64,000 bases of DNA from Kordia sp. (GTDB lineage Bacteria > Bacteroidota > Bacteroidia > Flavobacteriales > Flavobacteriaceae). Positions 37,859 through 46,592 of the stretch are shown here, piece by piece. The stretch spans positions 7,648-71,647 of the forward strand of contig NZ_JBOEFY010000037.1 of assembly GCF_050633145.1 (NCBI RefSeq), written 5' to 3'. A program made the position numbers and the translations under genes. The notes under the pieces were generated by a model. That model was not told where the DNA came from, ran no database searches, and saw only the letters and a list, made by a program, of their open reading frames with translations. The first letter of the stretch is position 1. Every line of letters starts with the position of its first letter.

Positions 37859-38041
37859 ATGAAAACTAAGTTTCACAAAAAATTATCCCTCAAAAAAATT
37901 ACAATCTCAACATATAAAATCTATGGAGGTAATGAAGAAGATACCATTAAATCTAGCGCATATCTAGAGCCAACAGAAACTCCAACTCCAATAGATGAAA
38001 GTCCTAGATTGATTAGTGCTAATAATGAAACCTGTGTTTAA
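37859..38041 (+). CDS. Double-glycine-leader peptide P6 (60 aa, paralogue of P5)
   Basis: MKTKFHKKLSLKKITISTYKIYGG|...SSAYLEPTE...TCV; start moved from 37796. Confidence 0.8.
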   Translation: MKTKFHKKLSLKKITISTYKIYGGNEEDTIKSSAYLEPTETPTPIDESPRLISANNETCV

Positions 38042-38060
38042 TACGCTTCGTTAAAAAAAT

Positions 38061-38094
38061 AAAAGCTCTTGAGTTATTCTCAAGAGCTTTTTTT
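38061..38094. terminator. Bidirectional terminator between convergent peptides
   Basis: aaaagctcttgag-ttatt-ctcaagagctttt. Confidence 0.85.
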
Positions 38095-38098
38095 GTTG

Positions 38099-38293
38099 TT
38101 ATACACACGGATGTACTGACAAGCAAGGGTTTGGAATATCTGTATTTCCAGTAAAAGAATTTTCACAAAGTCTGTGTTCTTTAGTTGGCTCAACTGGACA
38201 TAAAATCACTGAGATAATTCCTCCTTTTGCACTTTCTAAATTAGAGATCAATTTCTTGTTTAATTTTAAACTTTTTAAACTTCTTTTCTTCAT
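38099..38293 (-). CDS. Double-glycine-leader peptide P7 (64 aa, 4-Cys core)
   Basis: MKKRSLKSLKLNKKLISNLESAKGG|IISVILCPVEPTKEHRLCENSFTGNTDIPNPCLSVHPCV; start moved from 38365. Confidence 0.8.
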   Translation of the reverse strand: MKKRSLKSLKLNKKLISNLESAKGGIISVILCPVEPTKEHRLCENSFTGNTDIPNPCLSVHPCV

Positions 38294-38368
38294 AATGAAT
38301 ATAATTTTAAGGTTTATGATTTGACTCAAAACTAGATCACATTTTGTGCTAAAACAAAGCAACATTTA

Positions 38369-38408
38369 CGATTTTCATGAAAATCTAATACGTTTTTCAT
38401 AAAAATAG
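38369..38408. promoter_or_regulatory. 18-bp palindromic box copies 3 and 4
   Basis: cgattttcatgaaaatct (38369..38386, 17/18) and cgtttttcataaaaatag (38391..38408, 16/18); first copy 75 nt before P7 start. Confidence 0.65.
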
Positions 38409-38487
38409 ACAGTGTAGAAAATAAACTTATTTAACTGAAATAAAACAAGTTAGGTAATTAAATTTATTGATATAGGTTTTAAGTTTT

Positions 38488-39054
38488 TTACTGAAAGTTT
38501 GTGAGTTGCTTACGAAGATTTTTTCGAACATTTTGCAGGTTAATTCTATTAAAATACATGTCTACATCTTGCATTCCGTCCATTGCAAGTTGAATCCATT
38601 CTACTTTTACTTCTCCTTCACTGAGTAGATATTCTTCAATGATGATTTCTTTTTGTATTCCGATGATTAAAAGTATTGCTGCAATGACAATTCCCGTGCG
38701 ATCTTTTCCAGATAAACAATGTACAAGTACTGGAAATTGTATACCTGGATTCTCAAAAGTTTTTATGATTTGATTGAGCCAAATTTTCACTTCTTTTTGA
38801 CTTGTATTGTATTTTTCAATTTTGTTAGACATGGGAAAGTGAAAATATTCCACATCAAAAGCAGCTTCATCTGCTCCATTTCTCAGGTTTATGATAGATT
38901 TTGCTTGTCCGATTTCATCGAGTGTTTTTACATAATCAATACTTCCGCCTCTTAAAAGTTGGTTTTCGTGTAGTTTTTTTTCGCCAAGTATTAGGTTTAT
39001 ATATCCGCCAACATCTCTAAAATTTACGCAACCATCTGTATAATCTAATCCCAT
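38488..39054 (-). CDS. Protein tyrosine/serine phosphatase (Y_phosphatase3-like)
   Basis: NFRDVGG, INLR, HCLSGKDRTG (CX5R loop). Confidence 0.88.
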   Translation of the reverse strand: MGLDYTDGCVNFRDVGGYINLILGEKKLHENQLLRGGSIDYVKTLDEIGQAKSIINLRNGADEAAFDVEYFHFPMSNKIEKYNTSQKEVKIWLNQIIKTFENPGIQFPVLVHCLSGKDRTGIVIAAILLIIGIQKEIIIEEYLLSEGEVKVEWIQLAMDGMQDVDMYFNRINLQNVRKNLRKQLTNFQ

Positions 39055-39077
39055 AATTATTGTGTTACGAAAGTTAG

Positions 39078-40343
39078 CTATAGTGTATCAAGCGTTTCGC
39101 GAATGGCCTGATATATTTGTTGCAATTGCACATCTGTAGTAATGTACGGCGCTAAAATGTAAATGGTATTTCCTAACGGGCGCAAACAAACACCTTTGCT
39201 CATAAACGAATTGAACAGTTTGTCACGTAAGTTTCCATAACGTTCCATTTCTATGTTTAGATCGAGTGCAAAAATTTGTCCTTGTTGTCGTGTAGACACC
39301 ACTTTTGGATGTTTTTTTATTTCTTGACCAAATGTATTGTGTGAAGCTTCAATGCGTTTTAAATTCGCCTGCATTTCGTTTGATTGCAGGAGTTCAATTC
39401 CCGCAATAGCGGCACTACACGCCACAGGATTTCCCGAATAGGTATGTCCGTGGAAGAAGCCTTTTTTCATATCATCTGCATAAAAAGCATCGTATATTTT
39501 TTGACTACAACTCGTAATTGCCATTGGCACCATTCCCGCAGATAACGCTTTGGATAAACAGATAATGTCTGGCTTGGTTTCTATAAATTCTGATGCAAAG
39601 TTTTTTCCCGTTTTTCCAAAACCAGTCATAATTTCGTCGGCAATGGTAACAACGTTGTGCTCTTGTGCAATTTTTAAGATCTCGTTGATATGCTCTGCTT
39701 TATGCATTTGCATTGCGGCAGCACCTTGCACCAAAGGTTCGTACACAAAAGCAGCTACTTTATGTTCTGTAATTAATTTGGTGAATAATGCTTTTACTGT
39801 TTCCAAATTTTCAGCATTTGGTACAGGAATTCGAGCTACATCAATAAAGAATTCTTCAAACGGTCCGTTATAGACTGAAAGTCCAGAAACTGACATTGCG
39901 CCAAAGGTATCGCCATGAAAACCATTTTCTAAAGCAATAATTCGTCCTCTTTTTTCATCTTGATTGAAATGATATTGCAGTGCCATTTTTATAGCTACAT
40001 CAATAGCAGTAGAACCATTGTCTGAAAAGAATAGCTTTTCTTGATTGCTAGGTAATATTTCAATGAGTTTTTCTGAAAGTTCTACAGCTGGTTTGTGCGT
40101 GAATCCTGTGAAAACCACATGATCTAGACTTTGCATTTGCGCATATACTTTGTCGATAATGTATGGATTGCAATGTCCGTATACACAAGTATACCAAGAC
40201 GCTATTCCGTCTATATATTCATTGCCGTTTTCATCATATAAAACAGCGTCTTTTGCCTTAGTAATCGCAATATGATTTGGATGCGATTTGTGCTGCGTTA
40301 GTGGATGCCAAAGGTGTTTTTTATCTCTTTCTTGTAAGCTCAT
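39078..40343 (-). CDS. bioA: Adenosylmethionine-8-amino-7-oxononanoate aminotransferase
   Basis: LWHPLTQH, SDNGST, FHGDTFGAMSVS, EPLVQGA, IADEIMTGFG, LSKAL, FHGHTYSGNP. Confidence 0.96.
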   Translation of the reverse strand: MSLQERDKKHLWHPLTQHKSHPNHIAITKAKDAVLYDENGNEYIDGIASWYTCVYGHCNPYIIDKVYAQMQSLDHVVFTGFTHKPAVELSEKLIEILPSNQEKLFFSDNGSTAIDVAIKMALQYHFNQDEKRGRIIALENGFHGDTFGAMSVSGLSVYNGPFEEFFIDVARIPVPNAENLETVKALFTKLITEHKVAAFVYEPLVQGAAAMQMHKAEHINEILKIAQEHNVVTIADEIMTGFGKTGKNFASEFIETKPDIICLSKALSAGMVPMAITSCSQKIYDAFYADDMKKGFFHGHTYSGNPVACSAAIAGIELLQSNEMQANLKRIEASHNTFGQEIKKHPKVVSTRQQGQIFALDLNIEMERYGNLRDKLFNSFMSKGVCLRPLGNTIYILAPYITTDVQLQQIYQAIRETLDTL

Positions 40344-40954
40344 TATAGTTTTTCTTTGAATGTTTCCGCGTACTCGCGAATTACATTTTGATCAAAATAC
40401 GGCTCTTCATCAATACGTCCAAGTACAGGAACATTGGTCATTTTTTTGATGATTGTTTCTGTTGTTACGTGTTCCTTCCCACTAAAAATAATAGACACAT
40501 TGAAGCCTTTTTCTTTTAGCAAATTTACCGTTAGTAAGGTATGATTGATACTTCCCAAATAATGACGCGAAACTACCACAACATGATATTCAGGTTTTAT
40601 GACATCTAAAATTGTGTTTTCGTCATTCAACGGCACTAAAATTCCGCCTGCACCTTCAATAACCAAATGATTATCGGTCATTGGTTCTTTAATTTTTGCT
40701 AAATCGATCGTGATATTGTCAATTTCTGCGGAAGCGTGCGGACTCATTGGCGTATTGAGTGCATAACTATTTGGGTGAATTTTTGTTTTTGTGTTTGAAA
40801 TGTATCTTTCTATTTTGTGACTGTCGGAATTGTCTAAATCACCAGCTTGTATTGGTTTCCAATAATCGGCTTGTAAGGCTTCCACTATAATTGCGGAAGC
40901 AACAGTTTTTCCAACTTCAGTTGAGATTCCTGTGATAAATATTTTCTTTTTCAT
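40343..40954 (-). CDS. bioD: Dethiobiotin synthase
   Basis: FITGISTEVGKT, YWKPIQAG, VIEGAGG, LGSINHTLLT. Confidence 0.96.
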   Translation of the reverse strand: MKKKIFITGISTEVGKTVASAIIVEALQADYWKPIQAGDLDNSDSHKIERYISNTKTKIHPNSYALNTPMSPHASAEIDNITIDLAKIKEPMTDNHLVIEGAGGILVPLNDENTILDVIKPEYHVVVVSRHYLGSINHTLLTVNLLKEKGFNVSIIFSGKEHVTTETIIKKMTNVPVLGRIDEEPYFDQNVIREYAETFKEKL

Positions 40955-41343
40955 TGACCTTTTTCGGGTTTAAAAGTTTCTCCGCACATATTACACAAAT
41001 ATATTTTTGGCTCAAAAAACGGGAATAACATGTATAGAAATTTTTTTTTCGGTGGCGCAATTAGCACTTTGTTTTCCTTACAATTAGGACACACGATTCT
41101 ATTTCGCTTTCTGTCTACTTCGTATTCGCGCAATTCATTGTATAACGCAATGGCAGCTTCTTTGTCTTGCAAATGTACTTCTAGTTTTACACCACCAATT
41201 GCATTGCTCACCAACGGATCTACATCAACGGTATATTGATCTCTTAGAAATACTTCGATGCCTTCCGACATGAATTTTCCTTGCATTACGCGCGCTTCTG
41301 CCGTGTATTCAAAAGTAGTTACTGTATAGAACTCGTTTTTCAT
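40951..41343 (-). CDS. DUF2007-like protein with C-terminal Zn ribbon
   Basis: SEGIEVFL.D, SNAIGGVKL, CPNC...CNMC. Confidence 0.75.
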   Translation of the reverse strand: MKNEFYTVTTFEYTAEARVMQGKFMSEGIEVFLRDQYTVDVDPLVSNAIGGVKLEVHLQDKEAAIALYNELREYEVDRKRNRIVCPNCKENKVLIAPPKKKFLYMLFPFFEPKIYLCNMCGETFKPEKGQ

Positions 41344-42506
41344 TTTTGTAGTGTTTGTAAAGTGTTTATAACTGCTTTTATTTCTGTTTCTGTATTGTAT
41401 GAATGTAGACAGAAACGCAAGCGTTCTTTTCCTTTCGGAACTGTTGGTGATACTATTGGTTTTACGTCAAACCCTTTTTCTTGTACTATTTTTGCTGTGC
41501 TTTTTACTATATCATTTCCTGAAAGAATACAACAGTGAATCGCTGCATTTCCTGGAATGAAGTTCAAATTTCTTGTCGCTTCTTGAAAGCTTTGTATGTT
41601 TTTGTGTAACCGTTTTATAGCTGTTGTTTGCGAGAGTTCATCATACGCTATTTTGATCGTAGCTACTGCATGTGGCGATAATCCTGTGGTATAGACGAGA
41701 CTTCTAGCAAAATTGACTAAGTAATTTTTGAGCGTTTCACTTCCCAAAATAACGGCTCCGTGACAACCAAGGGCTTTTCCAAACGTGTAAATTCTGGCAA
41801 AGACTTCATTTTCTAGGTTTAGTTCCTGTAAAAGTCCTTTTCCATATTCGCCAAAAACACCTAAAGCATGTGCTTCATCTACAATGAGATAAACATCTTG
41901 CTCATTGCAAAGTTTCACTAACGCTTTTAAATCAGGTGAATCACCATCCATAGAAAAAACAGATTCTGTCACCACATAAATTTCTTGATCTGTTGTATTT
42001 GATTGTTTTATTTTTTGAATTTTCTGTTGTAAATCAGACAACTCGTTATGCTTGAATTTGTATGATTTTGCATTACTCATTCCAATTCCATCACGAATTG
42101 AAGCATGAATAAATTCATCATACATTATAATATCTCCACGCTGCGGCACAGATGAAAAGAAACCAATATTGGCATCATATCCTGAGTTGAATAACAAAGC
42201 AGCTTCACTGTTGTGAAATGTACAAAGTTGTGCTTCTACTTCTTGATATAGTTTGTGATTTCCCGAAAGCAATCGCGAACCTGTAGCGCCATTTTGTTGT
42301 ATGTTTCTATCTAGTAAAAACTGATGTGTTTTTTTAAAAATGGTTTCAGAAGTAGCAAATCCCAAATAATCATTCGAAGAAAAATCAACATTCCCTTTGG
42401 TTATAGGAAGCGTTCGCAGTGCATTATTTTGCACACGACCTTGAAGTTTTGCTTGTATTTTTTTGGGTGTTTTCACGTGTTTATATGTATTCTTTTTATT
42501 GATCAC
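41340..42506 (-). CDS. bioF: 8-amino-7-oxononanoate synthase
   Basis: DFSSNDYLG, GATGSRLLSGN, FNSGYDAN, HASIRDG, ESVFSMDGD, VDEAHA, TFGKALG. Confidence 0.95.
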   Translation of the reverse strand: MINKKNTYKHVKTPKKIQAKLQGRVQNNALRTLPITKGNVDFSSNDYLGFATSETIFKKTHQFLLDRNIQQNGATGSRLLSGNHKLYQEVEAQLCTFHNSEAALLFNSGYDANIGFFSSVPQRGDIIMYDEFIHASIRDGIGMSNAKSYKFKHNELSDLQQKIQKIKQSNTTDQEIYVVTESVFSMDGDSPDLKALVKLCNEQDVYLIVDEAHALGVFGEYGKGLLQELNLENEVFARIYTFGKALGCHGAVILGSETLKNYLVNFARSLVYTTGLSPHAVATIKIAYDELSQTTAIKRLHKNIQSFQEATRNLNFIPGNAAIHCCILSGNDIVKSTAKIVQEKGFDVKPIVSPTVPKGKERLRFCLHSYNTETEIKAVINTLQTLQK

Positions 42507-42559
42507 TGTTGTTTACTATTCATCATTCCTTGGATGAGAAACTTTGTAACATGCTCGTT

Positions 42560-43063
42560 TCATAATTCAATCCACTTTGAATCGTTTGCAACTGTTGCAT
42601 CTAGTAAATCTATTTGTAATGTGATTGCTAATTTTTTTCCAACTTTTAGTGCTTCTTCTTCATCGGACAGTTGGTATATTTTAAAATGTTTATTGCCTAC
42701 ATACCATAAATTCACTTCATAAAAGTGCTGATCTTTTTTGAATACAGAAATGTATTCTAGTGCTGGCAACGATTTCCACTTTCCTTTTTTGAATATCAAA
42801 AATGCGTGTTCATGTTTGTACCGATGGTTTTTGAAATCAAAATAGTACGTTTGTATCACAGAATAGTAAAAAGCCAGCATAAGCGCTATTGCTGCCAATT
42901 GCAAAGTATGCATTTCTCTTTTTACTTGGTCTGTTTTAAAAGAAAATTCGAACTCATAAAAGAAAAAAACAACAAGTACAACTACCGTTGCATATAGTAA
43001 CGCAGCTAAGATATTTTGCCACAATGGCCTGTTTCCTTGAGAGATTATCACTTCTTCTTTCAT
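42560..43063 (-). CDS. Hypothetical membrane protein (paralogue of 27563..28045)
   Basis: Two TM helices; LPALEYISVF, VNLWY, IDLLDATV..SKW. Confidence 0.7.
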   Translation of the reverse strand: MKEEVIISQGNRPLWQNILAALLYATVVVLVVFFFYEFEFSFKTDQVKREMHTLQLAAIALMLAFYYSVIQTYYFDFKNHRYKHEHAFLIFKKGKWKSLPALEYISVFKKDQHFYEVNLWYVGNKHFKIYQLSDEEEALKVGKKLAITLQIDLLDATVANDSKWIEL

Positions 43064-43121
43064 CTGGTAAAAATACTGATTATTCTACGGAAAGTGATGA
43101 AGAAGTTATGGAGAAATACAA

Positions 43122-43754
43122 TTATTGAATGGCTATTTTTTCTCCTAAGAATTTTGGTTGTTTGCCAATGACTAAGTCCATACACATGGCGACACGCGCA
43201 AATATTTCGCGCACTTCTACTTTGAAACCATATCGTCCACTTACATCTTTTGCATTGAAACCAACAGCATTGACTCCTTTGGCATTTGCGATAGCAATAG
43301 CACGCTCGTTATGAAATTGTTGCGAGATTATTGTAATACTTTCTTGTTGGAATATTTCTTTGCTACGCACAACAGAATCAAGTGTTCTAAAACCAGCATA
43401 GTCTAAAATAATTTTATCTTCAGGAACGCCTGCTGCGATTAAGTCTTCTTTAAAAGTTGTAGGCTCATCGTAGTATTTACTTCCATTATCGCCACTTACC
43501 AATATATATTCTATTTTTCCCGCTTTGTAAAGCTTTACGGCAGCATTGATTCTGTATTGGTAAAATAAGTTAATCGTTCCGCCTTTAAGATATTTTGCGG
43601 TACCGAGCAATAATCCAACTTTGTTTTTGGGTATTTCGGTAGTGTTGTTGAATGTTTTTCCTTTGCTGCTAAATTCAACGTAAACATTACATATAACAAT
43701 TCCGACAACTAATAATACAAGCATCCAACCAGCTCGTTTTGACCATTTTTTCAT
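43122..43754 (-). CDS. sanA: SanA/YdcF (DUF218) family protein
   Basis: GLLLGT, LVSGDNG, LDYAGFRTLDSVVR, ISQQFHNERA, REIFARV. Confidence 0.85.
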   Translation of the reverse strand: MKKWSKRAGWMLVLLVVGIVICNVYVEFSSKGKTFNNTTEIPKNKVGLLLGTAKYLKGGTINLFYQYRINAAVKLYKAGKIEYILVSGDNGSKYYDEPTTFKEDLIAAGVPEDKIILDYAGFRTLDSVVRSKEIFQQESITIISQQFHNERAIAIANAKGVNAVGFNAKDVSGRYGFKVEVREIFARVAMCMDLVIGKQPKFLGEKIAIQ

Positions 43755-43779
43755 GTAGAATATTTCTATTTTTGATATT

Positions 43780-43810
43780 AAAAAAACCCTTCCAAATTGA
43801 AAGGGTTTTT
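43780..43810 (-). terminator. Intrinsic terminator
   Basis: aaaaaccctt-ccaaattga-aagggttttt. Confidence 0.75.
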
Positions 43811-43831
43811 CAGCTTGTTAGTTCTTTATTT

Positions 43832-44611
43832 TTAAATAGTATTGATGTACTTAATTAATTTTTTCAAACTCTCTTCTTTGTTCAGTTTGATACGATTCTT
43901 TTTAATGAATGTATTGATTAAATCTGCTTTGTCAGGAAAGAGTGCTAACAATGCTTTTTTCTTTTTTGGAAGTTTAATTGCATGTCCGTTATGTGCTTTT
44001 TCGATATAGAATTCGCAACGCATATCTTTGAACTCTGTTGTAACTGATGAAGCAGAATTTCCGTAAGTAGCTTTTTTACGCTTTACTAATTTTTTACATT
44101 CTTTTCTATACAGAGAAATGTTATCATCATCTTCAAGGCTGATGTAATACCCTAAATCATTTTCTTTTTCACTATCAATTTTCTCTAAAACTCTATAGGT
44201 AACATTGTTAGAATGCTGATTGATTACATAACTTCTTTTTTTAGAAATTATTAATACATCATCTTTTTCAGCACCTTTTACTTCCATTTCGTCCATTAAT
44301 GCATTGTAACGAACTAAATATACTTTCCCAACAGGAGCAATCTTTGCTGTAGCAAACGATTCTTGCTTGTACGGCGACCCAATAGTGTTAGCTCCATACA
44401 CAATTCCTTGATTTCGTACGACAACAGAATTTAAATCATTATCGAAATCCATGGAAGCTCTTAATGCAAGATCTATACCATCTGCAGGTGGTTTGAGTCC
44501 GTAGCTTCCGCCCTTGCATTGTTGGGCAAATCCTTCCAGACTTAGTAATAGACAAAATACTATAAAGTATTTAAAATGTTTGAAGGTGGTTTTGGTGTGA
44601 ATTGTTTTCAT
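43832..44611 (-). CDS. Secreted hypothetical protein, tandem paralogue 1 of 4
   Basis: Signal peptide; RYNALMDEME, LYRK..KK, KLPKKKK..LF..FIKKN.IK...L.KLI.Y.N shared with the next three ORFs. Confidence 0.78.
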   Translation of the reverse strand: MKTIHTKTTFKHFKYFIVFCLLLSLEGFAQQCKGGSYGLKPPADGIDLALRASMDFDNDLNSVVVRNQGIVYGANTIGSPYKQESFATAKIAPVGKVYLVRYNALMDEMEVKGAEKDDVLIISKKRSYVINQHSNNVTYRVLEKIDSEKENDLGYYISLEDDDNISLYRKECKKLVKRKKATYGNSASSVTTEFKDMRCEFYIEKAHNGHAIKLPKKKKALLALFPDKADLINTFIKKNRIKLNKEESLKKLIKYINTI

Positions 44612-44785
44612 AATAAATCTTTTTTTGGTTTTAATGTAGATATCAAGTTACGAAAAATTATACGCAAGTGAAACTATTAAGACATTTTTCACCAATAAGT
44701 GTTTGATTTTATTCAGTTTACATATAAAAAAAGCACCAAGCTTTATTGCCTGATGCTTTACTTAAATTATTTACAAAGTATATAC

Positions 44786-45517
44786 TTACAATGAATTTAC
44801 ATACGTAATGATCGTTATTAAATCTTGATCGTTTGTTACTTTTAATTTGTTTTCTTTGATATATGCTTTTACTATATTTTTTTTATCTTCAAATAATCTA
44901 GAAACGCCTCTTCGAGTTCTTGAAAGCTTTTTAACATTACCATTGTTATGGAATTCAACATAGTAATCAGCCTTTAAATCTTGAAACTCTGTAGTTATTT
45001 TTGGCGGTGGTGTCATATAATGTGATTGCTCCATACCTACCGCTAATTTTTTTGCTTTTTTCTTATAAAGAGACACATAATCATTCTCTAATAAAACTTC
45101 GTAGTAACCTAATGCTTTTTTGGCGTCACTATCGTCTGCATCTAAAATTTTATAAGCTACATTGTCTTCTGCAAATATAATTTTACTTCTGTATTTGTTT
45201 TTATTGATCCATCCGCTTGTATTTTCTCCTTGAATTTCCATCTCGTCTAAGAACGCGTTGTAACGAGCTTTAAATTGCTCCGATTCTACTTCTTTGAACT
45301 CTTCGTTATGGAATTGAGAACCTTCAGCAATTTGAAGTAAGCTTTTCTCTGGATTTACATATCCTAATCCAAATAATGGATTGTGATGTGGCACTAGAAA
45401 AAATGTGATTGTTGGTGAGTTATCCTGTTGTAAAGTTACGCTCTGTTGTGAATGAGCTGAATTAAAGAATAACATAGCGAGTGCACATAGGCAACTTGTG
45501 GTAAAAAGTGATCTCAT
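44786..45517 (-). CDS. Secreted hypothetical protein, tandem paralogue 2 of 4
   Basis: Signal peptide; RYNAFLDEME, LGYY, LYKK, YVNSL. Confidence 0.78.
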   Translation of the reverse strand: MRSLFTTSCLCALAMLFFNSAHSQQSVTLQQDNSPTITFFLVPHHNPLFGLGYVNPEKSLLQIAEGSQFHNEEFKEVESEQFKARYNAFLDEMEIQGENTSGWINKNKYRSKIIFAEDNVAYKILDADDSDAKKALGYYEVLLENDYVSLYKKKAKKLAVGMEQSHYMTPPPKITTEFQDLKADYYVEFHNNGNVKKLSRTRRGVSRLFEDKKNIVKAYIKENKLKVTNDQDLITIITYVNSL

Positions 45518-45627
45518 GGCTTTTGTTTGGTTTTAATTGTTATTTGTAAACTATTTACTATTAATTTACAGCAAAAACCTTACCAATTCAACTTTTTTGA
45601 AAACTTTTTTTTCGCTAAAACAATCTT

Positions 45628-46350
45628 TTACAACGAGTTAACGTAATTAATCAACTTCTCTAAATCTCTTTCTTTGGTAACTTTGATTTTATTTTTTTTG
45701 ATAAACGCTTTTACCTCTTTTTCTTTACTAGCGAATAATTTGATAACTGCTTTTTTATTTCTTGGAAGTTTCACTGCAGATCCACTATCACCATATTCTA
45801 TATAATATTCGCTTTTTTGTTCTTTATATTTTGCTGAACTTGCATTGATGCTGCCATAAGCTGCTCGTTTTACTTTTACAAACTTTTTTCTATCTTTTCT
45901 ATATAGCTTTACATTTTTCCCATTAGTCAACTGAATATAATATCCTAGTTTATCTTCTTTTTCACTTTCAATATTCTGTAAAATTTTATAAACAAGGTTC
46001 CCTTTATTTTGCTTAATAATGTAATTCCTGTTAGCTTTATTCATAACCACAGTATCTGATTGCTGAATAACTTCCATCACATCTAGAGCTACATTATAAC
46101 GCACCATAAACACTTTATTTATAGGAGCTATATTTGCTGAATTGAAACCTTCGTCATAATAAGGAGTTCCTTCTATATTTGCTTTCAAGACCCTTGCCAT
46201 ATTTTTTTGCAATATTGCTTGTGACGAAATATCGTTGTGAAACATAGATGCTTGAAATGCTTGTTTTGCAGCACTTTGAGAAAACCCGAAAGCAGTTACT
46301 AATAGAAGACTGCTAAGAGCTATAAATTTTTTATTGATTGGTAATTTCAT
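45628..46350 (-). CDS. Secreted hypothetical protein, tandem paralogue 3 of 4
   Basis: Signal peptide; GTPYYDE, RYNVALDVME, LGYY, YVNSL. Confidence 0.8.
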   Translation of the reverse strand: MKLPINKKFIALSSLLLVTAFGFSQSAAKQAFQASMFHNDISSQAILQKNMARVLKANIEGTPYYDEGFNSANIAPINKVFMVRYNVALDVMEVIQQSDTVVMNKANRNYIIKQNKGNLVYKILQNIESEKEDKLGYYIQLTNGKNVKLYRKDRKKFVKVKRAAYGSINASSAKYKEQKSEYYIEYGDSGSAVKLPRNKKAVIKLFASKEKEVKAFIKKNKIKVTKERDLEKLINYVNSL

Positions 46351-46592
46351 AACATTTTGGTTTTAATATAGTTAGTAATTTACGAATTGAATCGTGTTTG
46401 TTCCAAATAATTTCTTTTTTTTAAGACTAGCATCAAATATCAGTCCATTTTTTTCAAATAGTCTGCTTTTAGTTTTTTTAGCATAAAAAAAGCACCAAAC
46501 AATAAAGTTTGATGCTTTTATATATTTTATTTATAAAGTATACTTACAATACTTTTTCGTACGTAATAATGGTTTTCTTTATGACTATGTTC

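Noticed and set aside
29207-38293. Calling the peptide loci lanthipeptide or rSAM-RiPP biosynthetic gene clusters
   Set aside because: No LanB/LanC/LanM, SPASM rSAM, YcaO or C39 exporter in the window; the only radical SAM protein is BioB. Modification in trans remains possible but unproven.
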